From assembly GCA_039796515.1 (NCBI GenBank), contig JBDKJR010000221.1, forward strand, positions 1 through 35,161: DNA of 35,161 nt, read 5' to 3'. Positions 16,797-27,609 of the stretch are shown here, piece by piece. The translations under genes were made by a program, and so were the position numbers. The notes under the pieces were generated by a model. It had not been told where the DNA came from, searched no databases, and saw only the letters and a list, made by a program, of their open reading frames with translations. Each line of letters opens with the position of its first letter. The first letter of the stretch is position 1. The stretch comes from Actinomycetota bacterium. Lineage in GTDB: Bacteria > Actinomycetota > Actinomycetes > Actinomycetales > Microbacteriaceae.

Positions 16797-17891
16797 TCAG
16801 GCCCTCGTGCGATGCACGCGCCGACCCAGTCGCGTGACGAGTTCATAGGCGATCGTGCCCGCAGCGTCGGCCCACTCGTCGACATGCGGGTCACCCTCGG
16901 CTGGGTCGCCCCACAGCACCGCGCGGTCACCGAGGGCGACGGGGGCGTCTCCGACATCGACGATGAGCTGATCCATAGCGATGCGCCCCACGACGCGATG
17001 CACGTGATCGCCAATGCGCACGGGGGCATCGACGGCCGTGCGCGGCACGCCGTCGGCATAGCCGAGAGGCACGAGGGCGAGCGTCGTGGGCTGCGTCGTG
17101 CGGTGCAGGTAGCCGTACGAGACTCCGCTGCCGGCCGGTACGCGCTTGAGCCCCGCGACCTTCGCGCTCAGCCGCATCGCCGGCACGAGCGGGAGTGCTC
17201 CCCGTAGGTGGCGCTCCGGCGCGATGCCGTAGAGCGCCAGCCCGAGCCGCACCATGTCATAGCGCGCTGCGGGGTGGTCAAGCGCCGCGGCCGATGCGGC
17301 GAGGTGGCGGATGCCCGGGTCGAGATTGACCGCGCGCACCGCATCCAGAAACCGCTCGAATGCGACCACTTGCGCGCGATCGTCGTCCGGCGATGTGTTC
17401 GACAGGTGGCTGAAGACGCCGCCGAGGTGAACGGTGTTCGCTGCAACGGCTGCCGCAAGCTCCTCGACGAGGGCGGGCCACTCCGCCTCGACGAGGCCGT
17501 TGCGCGAGAGCCCGGTATCGACCTTGATGTGCACCGTCGCGCGATGGCCGCTGGCCGCCGCACGGGCGAGCTGGGCCCGCGAGCTGATTCCGAGCATGAT
17601 GCCTGCCTCGGCAGCGGCGGCGAAGTCGGCCTCGGGGTCGTGCAACCACGCAAGTACGGGAGCGTCGATGCCCGCGGCCCGCAATTCGAAGGCTTCGTCG
17701 AGATCGGCAACACCGAGGTGGTCGACGCCGGCCTCGAGCGCGGCGCGGGCAGCCGTGACCGCCCCGTGGCCATAGCCGTCGGCCTTGACGATCGCCATGC
17801 TGTGCGGCGTGGGCACGAGTCGACGCATCGTCTCGGCGTTGGCACCGATGGCCGCCGGCGAGATGCGCGCCTCGCGCAGTGGCCCGGTCAT
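16797..17891 (-). CDS. alr: Alanine racemase
   Basis: [11 protein letters not shown] (PLP Lys), [21 protein letters not shown] and GRIAMDQ. ATG 17891 overlaps the acpS stop. Confidence 0.95.
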   Translation of the reverse strand: MTGPLREARISPAAIGANAETMRRLVPTPHSMAIVKADGYGHGAVTAARAALEAGVDHLGVADLDEAFELRAAGIDAPVLAWLHDPEADFAAAAEAGIMLGISSRAQLARAAASGHRATVHIKVDTGLSRNGLVEAEWPALVEELAAAVAANTVHLGGVFSHLSNTSPDDDRAQVVAFERFLDAVRAVNLDPGIRHLAASAAALDHPAARYDMVRLGLALYGIAPERHLRGALPLVPAMRLSAKVAGLKRVPAGSGVSYGYLHRTTQPTTLALVPLGYADGVPRTAVDAPVRIGDHVHRVVGRIAMDQLIVDVGDAPVALGDRAVLWGDPAEGDPHVDEWADAAGTIAYELVTRLGRRVHRTRA

Positions 17892-18244
17892 GACTCCGCC
17901 ACGACAAACGCGATCGCGACGCCCGCGTCGTGCGACATCGACACGTGCAGTGAACCGATGCCGCGCGCCGCAACGATCTCGGCGGCCCGGCCGCTCACGA
18001 CCAGGTCGGGATTCCCCTCGTCGTCGGCGACCACGCGCATGTCGTGCCAACTGACGCCATCGGTGGCTCCGAGCGCCTTGAGCAGAGCCTCTTTCGCGGC
18101 AAAGCGCCCGGCGAGCGACCGCAGCGGAAGCTCGCGTTCGGCCTCGGTGAAAAGCCTCTCGCGCAATCGCGGGGTGCGGTCGAGGGCACGTTCGAATCGC
18201 GCGAGGTCGACGACGTCGACACCGATTCCCACGATGCGGCCCAT
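17888..18244 (-). CDS. acpS: Holo-ACP synthase
   Basis: [25 protein letters not shown] and VSMSHD. Confidence 0.95.
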   Translation of the reverse strand: MGRIVGIGVDVVDLARFERALDRTPRLRERLFTEAERELPLRSLAGRFAAKEALLKALGATDGVSWHDMRVVADDEGNPDLVVSGRAAEIVAARGIGSLHVSMSHDAGVAIAFVVAES

Positions 18245-18272
18245 GGCGTGCCCGACGACTCCGCCGAACCGG

Positions 18273-20123
18273 CTACTCGACCGTGACCGACTTGGCGAGG
18301 TTGCGCGGCTGGTCGACGTCGAGCCCCTTCGCCGAGGCAAGCTCCATGCCGAAAATGTGCAACGGAACCACGGCGAGCAGGGGCTCAAAGAACGGCGACG
18401 CGAGCGGAATGCGAATGACTTCATCGGCGTGCGGCAAGACCGCCACATCGCCCTCTTCGGCAATCGCAATCACGCGCGCACCGCGCGCACGAATCTCTTG
18501 GATGTTCGAGACAACCTTCGCGTGCAACGAGTTCGGGTCACGCGGGCTCGGAACGATCACGAACACCACCTGCCCGGGCTCGATGAGGGCGATCGGCCCA
18601 TGCTTGAGCTCGCCCGCGGCGAAGCCCTCGGCGTGGATGTAGGCGAGCTCCTTGAGCTTGAGAGCACCCTCGAGTGCGACCGGGTAACCCACGTGCCGGC
18701 CCAAGAAGAGCACCGAGCGCGTGTCGGCCATCCAGTGGGCGAGCTCTTTGATGCGCTCGCCGGTCGTGAGAACCGCGGTGAGCTTCTCGGGCACCGACTG
18801 CAGTTCGGCGACGAGCCCGCGCGCACGCTCGGGAGTCAGCGTGCCGCGAACCTGCCCGAGCTGCAGCCCCAGCAAGTAGATCGCGGTGATTTGCGCGACG
18901 AAGGCCTTGGTCGAGGCAACCGCCACTTCGGGACCAGCGTGGGTGTAGACGACGGCGTCGGACTCGCGCGGAATCGTCGCGCCCTGCGTGTTGCAAATCG
19001 ACAGCGTGCGTGCACCCTGCTCGCGCGCGTACTTCACGGCCATGAGAGTGTCCATCGTCTCGCCCGACTGGCTGATCGAGACAACCAACGTCTTGGGCGA
19101 GAGCACCGGCTCGCGGTACCGGAACTCGTGAGCAAGTTCGACGTCAACCGGAATACGCGCCCACTGCTCGATCGCATACTTGCCGACCATGCCGGCGTAG
19201 GCGGCCGTGCCGCACGCGATGATGAGCACGCGATCGATGCCCGAGAGCACGTCGGCGCCGAGCGCCGTCACCTCCGGCAGGTCGACGAGTCCGTCGTGAA
19301 CGCGACCAATGATGGTCTTGGCCACGGCTTCGGGCTCTTCGCTGATCTCTTTCGCCATGAAGCTCGACCAGCCGCCCTTTTCGGCAGCCGAGGCATCCCA
19401 GTTCACCTCGAAGGTGTTCGGGGTCACGGGCGTGCCGGCGAAGTCGACCACCTCGACGCTGTCGGGACGAATGGTCACGAGCTGGTCTTGACCGATCTCC
19501 ATGGCGCGGTGGGTGTATTCGACGAACGCGGCGACGTCAGAGCCCAAGAAGTTCTCGCCATCGCCGAGGCCGATCACGAGCGGCGAGTTGCGGCGCGCGC
19601 CGACGACTACGTGCGGCTGGTCGGCGTGCACGGCCAGGAGCGTGAAGGCACCTTCAAGGCGATTGACGACCGTCAGCATCGCGCTCGTGAGGTCGCCCGA
19701 CTCGCGGAAGGCATCGCCCACCATGAGGGCCGCGACCTCGCTGTCGGTCTGCGACGAGAACGTGTGACCGTGTGCCAGCAACTCGTCTTTGAGTTCGGCG
19801 AAGTTCTCAATGATTCCGTTGTGAATGAGCGCGAGCTTGCCCCCATCACCAAGGTGCGGGTGTGCGTTCTCGTCGGTCGGCCCGCCGTGCGTTGCCCATC
19901 GCGTGTGACCAATGCCCGTTTGGCCATCGGTGAGGGGCGTGGCGGCGAGGTCATCACTCAAGATGCCGAGCTTGCCGGCGTGCTTGCGCGTATCGAGCTG
20001 GCCGTTGTCGTCGATGACGGCAACGCCCGCCGAGTCATAGCCCCGGTACTCGAGCCGCTTGAGACCACCCAGAAGCACCTCGACGCTGCCCCGGGTTCCG
20101 ACATAGCCCACGATTCCGCACAT
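18273..20123 (-). CDS. glmS: Glutamine-fructose-6-phosphate transaminase
   Basis: Catalytic N-terminal [31 protein letters not shown] and [11 protein letters not shown]. Confidence 0.98.
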   Translation of the reverse strand: MCGIVGYVGTRGSVEVLLGGLKRLEYRGYDSAGVAVIDDNGQLDTRKHAGKLGILSDDLAATPLTDGQTGIGHTRWATHGGPTDENAHPHLGDGGKLALIHNGIIENFAELKDELLAHGHTFSSQTDSEVAALMVGDAFRESGDLTSAMLTVVNRLEGAFTLLAVHADQPHVVVGARRNSPLVIGLGDGENFLGSDVAAFVEYTHRAMEIGQDQLVTIRPDSVEVVDFAGTPVTPNTFEVNWDASAAEKGGWSSFMAKEISEEPEAVAKTIIGRVHDGLVDLPEVTALGADVLSGIDRVLIIACGTAAYAGMVGKYAIEQWARIPVDVELAHEFRYREPVLSPKTLVVSISQSGETMDTLMAVKYAREQGARTLSICNTQGATIPRESDAVVYTHAGPEVAVASTKAFVAQITAIYLLGLQLGQVRGTLTPERARGLVAELQSVPEKLTAVLTTGERIKELAHWMADTRSVLFLGRHVGYPVALEGALKLKELAYIHAEGFAAGELKHGPIALIEPGQVVFVIVPSPRDPNSLHAKVVSNIQEIRARGARVIAIAEEGDVAVLPHADEVIRIPLASPFFEPLLAVVPLHIFGMELASAKGLDVDQPRNLAKSVTVE

Positions 20124-20180
20124 AGCCGACCATTCTACGGCCCCTGCCACAGCAGAATGCCCGGGGGTACTGTGGTGCCG

Positions 20181-21125
20181 ATGAGCGATCCGAGCGCAGC
20201 GCGCGAAACAAGCCCGTTCGACGAGATCGACCGGAAGCAGTGGGCTGCCCTCGCTCCGTCAACCGCGCATCCGTTGACCGAAACCGAACTCGTGCAATTG
20301 CGTGGTCTCGGCGACTCGCTCGACATGCGCGAAGTGGCCGAGGTCTATGTGCCCCTCAGCAGGCTGTTGAGCCTCTATGCAGTCGGAGCGCGCGACCTGC
20401 ACCAGGCAACGCGCAGCTTTTTGCGCGAACCCGGCGAGCACACGCCCTTTGTGATCGGCGTGGCGGGTTCAGTCGCTGTCGGTAAGTCGACCATCGCGCG
20501 GCTCTTGCGCGAATTGCTCTCGCGCTGGCCCGATACCCCGCGCGTCGAGCGCGTAACCACCGACGGCTTCTTGCTCAGCACGGCCGAACTCGAACGGCGC
20601 GGCATTCTGCACCGCAAAGGCTTCCCCGAGTCCTACGACCGCCGTGCGCTCTTGCGCTTTGTCGCCCGCGTGAAGGCGGGTGCCGATGAGGTTCGCGCGC
20701 CCGTCTATAGCCATTTGAGTTACGACCGCGTGCCCGGCGCCGAGGTCATCGTGCGTCGCCCCGACATTCTCATTGTCGAGGGCCTCAATGTGTTGCAGCC
20801 GCCCGGGCCCGGGGCATCGCTCGCGGTGAGCGACCTCTTTGATTTCACCATTTATGTGGATGCCCGCACGAGCGACATCGCCCAGTGGTACGAAGAGCGC
20901 TTCTTGGCCCTGCAGCGCGGCGCATTCACCGACCCACGCAGCTACTTCCACCGCTACGCCGCGCTCTCGCACGACGAAGCTATCGCCAAGGCCCGCGAGA
21001 TTTGGCGCGACATCAACGAGCCCAATCTCGTGCACAACATCCTGCCAACGCGCGCGCGGGCATCTCTCGTCTTGCGCAAAGCGAGCGACCACACGGTCGA
21101 GACCGTGTTGCTGCGAAAGATCTAG
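20181..21125 (+). CDS. coaA: Type I pantothenate kinase
   Basis: C-terminal part of track ORF 17208..21125. [27 protein letters not shown] and INEPNL. Confidence 0.96.
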   Translation: MSDPSAARETSPFDEIDRKQWAALAPSTAHPLTETELVQLRGLGDSLDMREVAEVYVPLSRLLSLYAVGARDLHQATRSFLREPGEHTPFVIGVAGSVAVGKSTIARLLRELLSRWPDTPRVERVTTDGFLLSTAELERRGILHRKGFPESYDRRALLRFVARVKAGADEVRAPVYSHLSYDRVPGAEVIVRRPDILIVEGLNVLQPPGPGASLAVSDLFDFTIYVDARTSDIAQWYEERFLALQRGAFTDPRSYFHRYAALSHDEAIAKAREIWRDINEPNLVHNILPTRARASLVLRKASDHTVETVLLRKI

Positions 21126-21131
21126 ATCGAA

Positions 21132-22493
21132 CTAGACGGCGAGCTGCTCGCGAACGACCGCGGCGAGGCGCTCGGCCACTTCTTCGGCGATGGACTGCTC
21201 GGCAGCTTCGACCATGACGCGCACCATCGGTTCGGTGCCGCTCGCGCGCAGCAGCACGCGTCCGCTGTCGCCGAGGGCGGCTTCTTCGGCGGCAACGGCT
21301 GCCGCGACGACCGCGTGGCCCTCGAGTGCCGCACGGTCGACTCCGCGCACGTTGATGAGCACTTGCGGAAATACCGTCATGACATCGGCCAGCTCGGCGA
21401 GGGTCTTGCCCGAGCGCACCATCTCGGCCGCGAGCTGCAATCCCGTGAGAATGCCGTCACCCGTCGTGGCGTGCTCACTCATGATGATGTGGCCCGACTG
21501 CTCGCCGCCGAGGGCAAGCCCGTGTTCGGCAAGGGCCTCGAGAACGTAACGGTCGCCAACGCCCGTTTCGATCATGCGCACACCGTGCTCGGCCATCGCG
21601 CGCTTGAGGCCCAGGTTGCTCATGACCGTGGCGACGAGCGTGTTGTCGGTCAATTGGCCGCGCGCCTTCATCGAGAGCGCGATGATCGCCATGATCTGGT
21701 CGCCGTCGATGACGCGACCCGCAGCATCCACCGCCAAGCAGCGGTCGGCGTCGCCGTCGTGGGCGATCCCGAGATCAGCGCCTGCGTCGAGCACGGCGGC
21801 CCGCAGGGGCTCGAGGTGCGTCGAACCCACGCCGTCATTGATGTTGAGGCCGTCTGGGTCGCTGCCAATGACCGTGACGCGAGCGCCGGCATCAGCGAAG
21901 ACCTGCGGCGAGATTCCCGCCGCGGCGCCGTGCGCGCAGTCGATCACGACGTGGAGGCCCGCGAGCGACACGTCGAGCGTGCCGAGCAAGTGCAAGACGT
22001 AGCGGTCTTCGGCGTCGGCGAATCGACGGATGCGGCCGACGCCCGCGCCGGTCGGCGCGAGCTTGTCGCCCGACATCGCCTCTTCAATGCGGTCTTCGAC
22101 CGCATCCGGCAACTTGGTGCCGCCGAACGAGAAGAACTTGATGCCATTGTCGGGGGCCGGATTGTGCGAGGCCGAGATCATGACGCCAAAGTCGGCGCCA
22201 ATGTCTCCCACGAGAAAAGCAGCAGCCGGGGTCGGAATCACACCCGCATCGAGCACGTCGATGCCCGAACTCGCGAGCCCCGCCGAGACCGCGGCCGTCA
22301 GAAACTGGCCTGAGACGCGCGGATCGCGCGCCACGATCGCCGTCGGGCGTTTGCCCGCGGCGCGCAGTTCTTCAGCGTGCCGCCCGGAGGTGAGCACGCG
22401 AGCCGCGGCCTGGGAGAGGCCGAGGGCCAGGTCAGCGGTGAGATCACCGTTGGCCAGCCCTCGAACCCCATCCGTGCCGAAGAGTCGACCCAT
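21132..22493 (-). CDS. glmM: Phosphoglucosamine mutase
   Basis: [29 protein letters not shown] and RASGTEP. Confidence 0.97.
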   Translation of the reverse strand: MGRLFGTDGVRGLANGDLTADLALGLSQAAARVLTSGRHAEELRAAGKRPTAIVARDPRVSGQFLTAAVSAGLASSGIDVLDAGVIPTPAAAFLVGDIGADFGVMISASHNPAPDNGIKFFSFGGTKLPDAVEDRIEEAMSGDKLAPTGAGVGRIRRFADAEDRYVLHLLGTLDVSLAGLHVVIDCAHGAAAGISPQVFADAGARVTVIGSDPDGLNINDGVGSTHLEPLRAAVLDAGADLGIAHDGDADRCLAVDAAGRVIDGDQIMAIIALSMKARGQLTDNTLVATVMSNLGLKRAMAEHGVRMIETGVGDRYVLEALAEHGLALGGEQSGHIIMSEHATTGDGILTGLQLAAEMVRSGKTLAELADVMTVFPQVLINVRGVDRAALEGHAVVAAAVAAEEAALGDSGRVLLRASGTEPMVRVMVEAAEQSIAEEVAERLAAVVREQLAV

Positions 22494-22514
22494 GACGAGC
22501 CTCTCCTCGTTCGA

Positions 22515-23024
22515 CTAGCGCTTCGAGTACTGCGGAGCCTTGCGGGCCTTCTTGAGACCGGCCTTCTTGCGCTCGATGACGCGAGCGTCGCGCGTGAGGA
22601 AGCCAGCCTTCTTGAGGGTCGGGCGGTTGTTCTCACGGTCGATCTCGTTGAGCGCACGCGCGATGGCGAGACGCAAGGCGCCCGCCTGGCCCGAGGGGCC
22701 GCCGCCCGTGATGCGCGCAACGACGTCGTACGCGCCACCCAGCTGAAGGATGGTGAAGGGGTCGTTGATGAGCTGCTGGTGCAGCTTGTTCGGGAAGTAG
22801 TCTTCGAGCGTGCGCCCGTTGACCTTGTAGGTGCCGGCGCCCGGGTTGATGCGCACGCGGGCGATGGCCTGCTTGCGGCGACCCACGGCCGCGCCCCCCA
22901 CCGAGAGAATGGCGCGAGGAGCGGCCGACGCGGCGGGTGCCGCCGACTCGGTCGTGTAGCTCTCGGGAGCCGACTCGGGAGTGATGTCGTCAGTGTTGAT
23001 GTCGGTGTTCGTAACGTCTGCCAC
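22515..23024 (-). CDS. rpsI: 30S ribosomal protein S9
   Basis: [20 protein letters not shown] and [19 protein letters not shown]. Confidence 0.98.
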   Translation of the reverse strand: MADVTNTDINTDDITPESAPESYTTESAAPAASAAPRAILSVGGAAVGRRKQAIARVRINPGAGTYKVNGRTLEDYFPNKLHQQLINDPFTILQLGGAYDVVARITGGGPSGQAGALRLAIARALNEIDRENNRPTLKKAGFLTRDARVIERKKAGLKKARKAPQYSKR

Positions 23025-23053
23025 GATGCTGATCCTTAGCGTCTGCGCGGCCG

Positions 23054-23500
23054 CTACTGGGCGACCTGGTCGAGGGTGTAGGTCGTCGGCTGCTGCGCAG
23101 CGTGCGGGTGCTCGGCACCCGTGTAGACCTTGAGCTTCTTGATCTGGGCGCGGCCCAGCGAGTTCTTCGGCAGCATGCCGCGGATCGCCTTCTCAACCGC
23201 GCGCTCAGGGTTCTTCTCGAGCAGCTCGCTGTAGGAGGTTGCCGTGAGGCCGCCCGGGTAACCCGAGTGGCGGTAGGCCTTCTTCTGCGCGAGCTTCGAG
23301 CCCGTCAGGGCCACCTTGTCGGCGTTGATGATGATGACGAAGTCACCCATGTCCATGTGCTGGGCAAAGGTCGGCTTGTGCTTGCCGCGCAAGAGAACGG
23401 CGGCGTGGCTGGCGAGGCGGCCCAGGACGACATCGGTTGCGTCGATGACGACCCAGTTGCGCTGAACGTCAGCGGGAGTGGGGCTGAAAGTTCGCGTCAC
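23054..23500 (-). CDS. rplM: 50S ribosomal protein L13
   Basis: WVVIDA, LGRLAS, GKHKP, HSGYPGG and GMLPKN. True start is GTG 23500. Confidence 0.98.
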   Translation of the reverse strand: MTRTFSPTPADVQRNWVVIDATDVVLGRLASHAAVLLRGKHKPTFAQHMDMGDFVIIINADKVALTGSKLAQKKAYRHSGYPGGLTATSYSELLEKNPERAVEKAIRGMLPKNSLGRAQIKKLKVYTGAEHPHAAQQPTTYTLDQVAQ

Positions 23501-23627
23501 AGTGCTAGTACTTTCGTGTCGAGTAGTTCGTGAATCCCGCTCCGGGGGGAGTTCGCGTCTCGATGAGAGCGAACGCCACGGTGGAGGGCTCAACCGGATG
23601 GCCGTCGGCGACGGGCACCAAGGGTCG

Positions 23628-23656
23628 AGCTTACCCGTCGGCGGGAGGCCGGTCAA
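23628..23656 (-). promoter_or_regulatory. SigA-type promoter of rplM-rpsI
   Basis: TTGACC-17 nt-TAAGCT on the minus strand, implying a leader of about 120 nt. Confidence 0.7.
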
Positions 23657-23665
23657 TCTGAGCGA

Positions 23666-24559
23666 TTAGTCCGAGGGGTCGGATGCCCGGCCCACGGGCT
23701 CGCGTCGCGCCCGCGTGAGCTCGGCACGAGCCCCGAGCTCGGCGTCAGGCGGATATGCCACCTCGACGAGCGTGAGCCCTTTCGCCGCCACGACCGGAAA
23801 CGCATTCGCCTTGACCGCCGCATCAAGAATGCGCGTGAGCTCGTCGGGCGCGAGCTTGCCAAGTCCCACCGCGACCGCCGCACCCACGAGCGCGCGCACC
23901 ATCGAGTGGCAGAACGCATCCGCTCGCACGGTGGCGATGAGCACGCCGTCGGCGTCCCGCGTCCACTCATAGTCGAGCAGGGTACGAATGGTGGTCGCCC
24001 CCTCGCGCGGCTTACAGAAGGCCGCGAAGTCATGCAGGCCGCGCAGACTGCGGGCAGCAGCATCCATCGCCGCCTCATTGAGGGCATTCGGATGCCACAG
24101 CGTGTGCGCCCGTCGGCGCGGGTCATGACCGCTCGTTGCGTCGGCAATGCGGTACTCGTAGCGGCGCCACAGCGGCGAGAAGCGTGCGTCGAAGCCCTCG
24201 GGGGCGATCGACACACGTGAGATCACCACGTCGGGTGACCTCGCGCTGATGATGCCGTTGAGGCGACGCGTGAGTGACTCTTCTGTCGTGCCGCCGCGCC
24301 GGGCCGCCGCGATCGCCCGCCACTGCTTCTCGGTCAGATCAATGTGCGCAACTTGCCCCGTGGCGTGCACTCCCGCGTCGGTGCGACCCGCGACGACGAG
24401 TCGAACCTCGAGGTCGGGATGCCGTACGAGCGTCGCGATCGCGTCTTCGATGACCTCTTGCACCGTGCGCAGACCCGGCTGCTTGCTCCAGCCCGAGAAG
24501 GCCGTGCCGTCGTAGGCGATGTCGAGCCGCAGCCGCACATTCCCGGGCACACTCTCCAC
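23666..24559 (-). CDS. truA: tRNA pseudouridine(38-40) synthase TruA
   Basis: IAYDGTAFSGW, AGRTDAGVHATGQV, FDARFS, GLHDF and FCHSMVR. Confidence 0.96.
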   Translation of the reverse strand: MESVPGNVRLRLDIAYDGTAFSGWSKQPGLRTVQEVIEDAIATLVRHPDLEVRLVVAGRTDAGVHATGQVAHIDLTEKQWRAIAAARRGGTTEESLTRRLNGIISARSPDVVISRVSIAPEGFDARFSPLWRRYEYRIADATSGHDPRRRAHTLWHPNALNEAAMDAAARSLRGLHDFAAFCKPREGATTIRTLLDYEWTRDADGVLIATVRADAFCHSMVRALVGAAVAVGLGKLAPDELTRILDAAVKANAFPVVAAKGLTLVEVAYPPDAELGARAELTRARREPVGRASDPSD

Positions 24560-24622
24560 AACCGCCCAGTGTACGGCGCGTTATTTGACCGCGAGGCGTT
24601 GGGGCGCGACGCTGGATGCACC

Positions 24623-26509
24623 ATGTCGGCCATCTCCACGAGCACCGTTGCTCGCGACCGCCTCCCTGGGCTCGACGGCCTACGGGCCCTCGCGATCGTG
24701 TTCGTGCTCGGGTACCACCTGTTCCCGGGATTGCTGCCCGGTGGGTTCATCGGCGTCGACGTATTCTTCGTCGTCAGCGGCTACCTCATTTCGGCCCTCA
24801 TGATCGCGGAGCACCGCGAACACGGGCGCATCACGCTCGGTCGGTTCTGGGCTCGGCGCGCCCGACGACTGCTTCCGGCCCTCATCGTCGTCGTCGGGGT
24901 CTCGACGGCAGTCGCGGCCCTCATCGGCGGAGACGTGCTCGTCGGCATCGGCTGGCAACTCGCGGGCGTGCTGACCTTCAGCAGCAACTGGTGGGCGATC
25001 GCGCAGGGCTCGAGTTACCTCGATCAGACGAGCCCCGACCTCTTCCGGCACGCCTGGTCTCTCGCGGTTGAAGAACAGTTCTACCTCGTGTGGCCGCTCG
25101 TGATCATCGTGCTGCTGCTCATGCCTTTGAGATGGCTGAGGGTGGCCCTGCCGCTCGTTTTCGCCCTGGGATCCGCCGTGGCGATGGCGGTGCTCGCGGG
25201 CGACCCCGGCAGTGATCCCGGGCCGGCCTCGGTCGTGTACCTCTCGACCCTCACGCACGGCTTCGGGTTGCTGCTGGGCGCGGGCGTGGCGCTCGGGGTT
25301 GACCCGCTTCGTGCGCGCGCATCCGACCGCCTTTCACCGGGGTGGGTCGCCGACCTCGGAGTCGTGCTCGCCGTGAGCGGTCTCGGCGCCCTCGCTCTCG
25401 TGCTCGCGATCGACTCGGCGGCGACCTACCTCGGCGGCCTCGCGGCGGCGAGCCTACTCACGGCCGTGCTCATCGTGTGCCTCGCGCACCCGGCAAGCGC
25501 CACCGTGCGCGTCGCGGATGCCCCCCTCGCGCGCTGGGTCGGTGAACGGTCGTACGGTCTTTACCTGTGGCACTGGCCCGCGCTCATGCTTCTCGCTGCG
25601 GCCCTCCCCCAGGTCGACCGCATCGGCGAGCAGAGCTGGCTGCTCGGGCTGGCCGCCCTCGTCATCTCGGTCGTGCTCGCCGCGTTGAGCTACCGCTTTA
25701 TTGAGCAGCCCGTTCGCACGCGCCACCTCGAGCGGGCGGTGCGCGGCGACCTCGGCTGGGGCCGCGTTCGACGCGCCGGCCTCGTTCTCGGGCTCGCCGC
25801 CGCGCTCTCGGGGGTCACGGCGAGCGCCGCGATTGCCGTCATCCGCGCCCCCGCGCAATCAGAAGCGGAAGCGTTCATCGCTGCTGGGCAGGCGGCCCTC
25901 GACAGGCCGCTGCCCGCCGTACCGCTGCGCGTGCCACTCGCGGAACGCGGACCCGATGAGCCGAGCGACATTGTCATCGCCTCGGGCGACCAGATCATCG
26001 CGATCGGCGACTCCGTCATGCTCGCCGCGGCCCCACAGCTCCAGGCCCAGTTTCCCGGAATCGCGATCGACGCGGCCGTCTCCCGTCAAATGCGCCAAGG
26101 CCCAGCGATTCTTCGCGCCATCGCCCGCAAAGGACAATTGCGGCCCATCATGATCATCGGGCTCGGCACGAACGGTTCGATTGACGTCGCGACGTTGCAT
26201 GAGATGCGCGCGATTCTCGGACCCGATCGACAACTGGTGCTCGTGAGTGCTCAAGCTCCTCGGGGCTGGATTCCCGGAGTCAATGCGAGCCTCACGGCAT
26301 TCGCCGACGACTACCGAAACGTGGTACTCGCCGATTGGCGAACGGCCATTGCTCCCCGGCTCGACCTGCTTGCCCGTGACCAAGTGCACCCGGGTTCCGC
26401 GGGCGGACGCATCTACGCGACGGCCATCGAAGCGGCGCTGTATGAACTCGCGGCATTGCCCGCGGCCGTGAACTATGAGGAGCAACCCGAGTTGCCGCGT
26501 CCGCGATAA
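24623..26509 (+). CDS. AT3 acyltransferase fused to an SGNH domain (OatA/OafA-like O-acetyltransferase)
   Basis: GLDGLRALA, GGFIGVDVFFVVSGYLI, RRARRLLP, HAWSLAVEEQFY and SYGLYLWHWP. SGNH blocks GDSVM, LGTNG and DQVHP. Confidence 0.9.
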   Translation: MSAISTSTVARDRLPGLDGLRALAIVFVLGYHLFPGLLPGGFIGVDVFFVVSGYLISALMIAEHREHGRITLGRFWARRARRLLPALIVVVGVSTAVAALIGGDVLVGIGWQLAGVLTFSSNWWAIAQGSSYLDQTSPDLFRHAWSLAVEEQFYLVWPLVIIVLLLMPLRWLRVALPLVFALGSAVAMAVLAGDPGSDPGPASVVYLSTLTHGFGLLLGAGVALGVDPLRARASDRLSPGWVADLGVVLAVSGLGALALVLAIDSAATYLGGLAAASLLTAVLIVCLAHPASATVRVADAPLARWVGERSYGLYLWHWPALMLLAAALPQVDRIGEQSWLLGLAALVISVVLAALSYRFIEQPVRTRHLERAVRGDLGWGRVRRAGLVLGLAAALSGVTASAAIAVIRAPAQSEAEAFIAAGQAALDRPLPAVPLRVPLAERGPDEPSDIVIASGDQIIAIGDSVMLAAAPQLQAQFPGIAIDAAVSRQMRQGPAILRAIARKGQLRPIMIIGLGTNGSIDVATLHEMRAILGPDRQLVLVSAQAPRGWIPGVNASLTAFADDYRNVVLADWRTAIAPRLDLLARDQVHPGSAGGRIYATAIEAALYELAALPAAVNYEEQPELPRPR

Positions 26510-26531
26510 GTCTAGCCGCGTCTCGTCTCCG

Positions 26532-27545
26532 CTAGTAGACGACGCGATACAGGACGTCGCGGGCCGTGGGCTCGAACCCGAGCCTCGTGTAGACGCCAAG
26601 AGCACCCGTCGGGTTGTCGGCATCGACGTCGAGCACGGCGGTCTCGAGCCCCGCATCCCGGTACGCCTGCATCACGTCGGCGATGAGCGCGCTCGCCACA
26701 CCCCGACCTCGCCACTCGCGTGTTGTTCCGACGAGGCCGATATAAGCCGATCGCGAGCCCTGACGTTCCCAATCGTCTTCGTTGATCTCGGTGATGACGA
26801 ATCCGACGACGACGTCACCGTCGAGAGCCACGCGGCACAACTCCGGACGAAAGCTGTCGAGGGTCTGCATCGACTCCCAGCCTTCGCGGCTGACCGGCTG
26901 GCTCCCCCAGTGGTCTGCGAAGGCGGCGTTCTTGGCGTGACGCACGGCCTCACTGAGCGACTCCTCGAAGGGAACCACCGTGAGACCGTCAGGCACGGTG
27001 ACGGGCGCACTCGTGCGCTCAAGGTCGGCCTCGAGCGTTGTGAAATAGCGAGCGGGGGCGAACCCGGCCCTGTCGAGCAGTCGGCCATGCTCGGGCGCCC
27101 GGTCGGCCGCAGAACTCAGCACCCAGGCGGGCATCGCGAGGTCGCTCTCCGCGAGCTTGGCGGTGGCGCGAGCGTGTTGCCACGCCAACAGGCGCCGGCC
27201 CACGCCCGAACCACGTCGTTCTGCCGCCACCCCACCGAACAGGATGACCCGCACGATCGATTCGGGATCCGGCGGGGCAACGACAAGGCCCCACGCCACG
27301 GCCGTCCCCGTTTCATCGAGGGCAAGAACACCGTCGTGAGCGGGTTCGACCCACGAGTGGTGCAGTTCTTCGCGGATCTCGTCGACCGGTTCGCTCCACG
27401 TGGGGTGGTCACGAGCACTGATGCGCTCGGCGAGTTCGGTGATGATCTCGGCGTCATCGCGACTCAGCGGGCGCCAGCGAATGCCATCCGGGCCGCTCGG
27501 TAGCTCTACGGCGGGGGCATTCACTCGTTCTCGGAGGGGAAGCAC
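26532..27545 (-). CDS. Tandem-GNAT acetyltransferase (MshD-like architecture, substrate unknown)
   Basis: Two acetyl-CoA loops (RRGSGVG and WRGRGVA), AFADHWG, LDVDADNPTGALGVYTRLGF. GTG 27545 has TACGCT 6 nt upstream. Confidence 0.85.
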   Translation of the reverse strand: MLPLRERVNAPAVELPSGPDGIRWRPLSRDDAEIITELAERISARDHPTWSEPVDEIREELHHSWVEPAHDGVLALDETGTAVAWGLVVAPPDPESIVRVILFGGVAAERRGSGVGRRLLAWQHARATAKLAESDLAMPAWVLSSAADRAPEHGRLLDRAGFAPARYFTTLEADLERTSAPVTVPDGLTVVPFEESLSEAVRHAKNAAFADHWGSQPVSREGWESMQTLDSFRPELCRVALDGDVVVGFVITEINEDDWERQGSRSAYIGLVGTTREWRGRGVASALIADVMQAYRDAGLETAVLDVDADNPTGALGVYTRLGFEPTARDVLYRVVY

Positions 27546-27556
27546 GCGAAAAGCGT

Positions 27557-27586
27557 ACGGCCCCCGCTCTCTCGAGCGGGGGCCGT
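27557..27586 (-). terminator. Terminator of the rpoA-rplQ operon
   Basis: 13-bp stem ACGGCCCCCGCTC / GAGCGGGGGCCGT, followed on the minus strand by ACGCTTTT. Confidence 0.75.
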
Positions 27587-27609
27587 GACGGGATCGTGAT
27601 CCCGCGGAA

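Noticed and set aside
17208-20180. 1305-aa ORF that looks like a giant CoaA fusion
   Set aside because: The upstream ~990 codons are the stop-free antisense shadow of glmS, acpS and alr, typical of high-GC codon bias. CoaA begins at ATG 20181 with its own -10.
23501-23627. L13 autoregulatory leader upstream of rplM
   Set aside because: A leader of about 120 nt is likely, but I could not define a convincing structure by eye.
26532-27545. Calling the tandem GNAT mshD
   Set aside because: The architecture is similar, but I cannot confirm MshD-specific residues, so no symbol is given.
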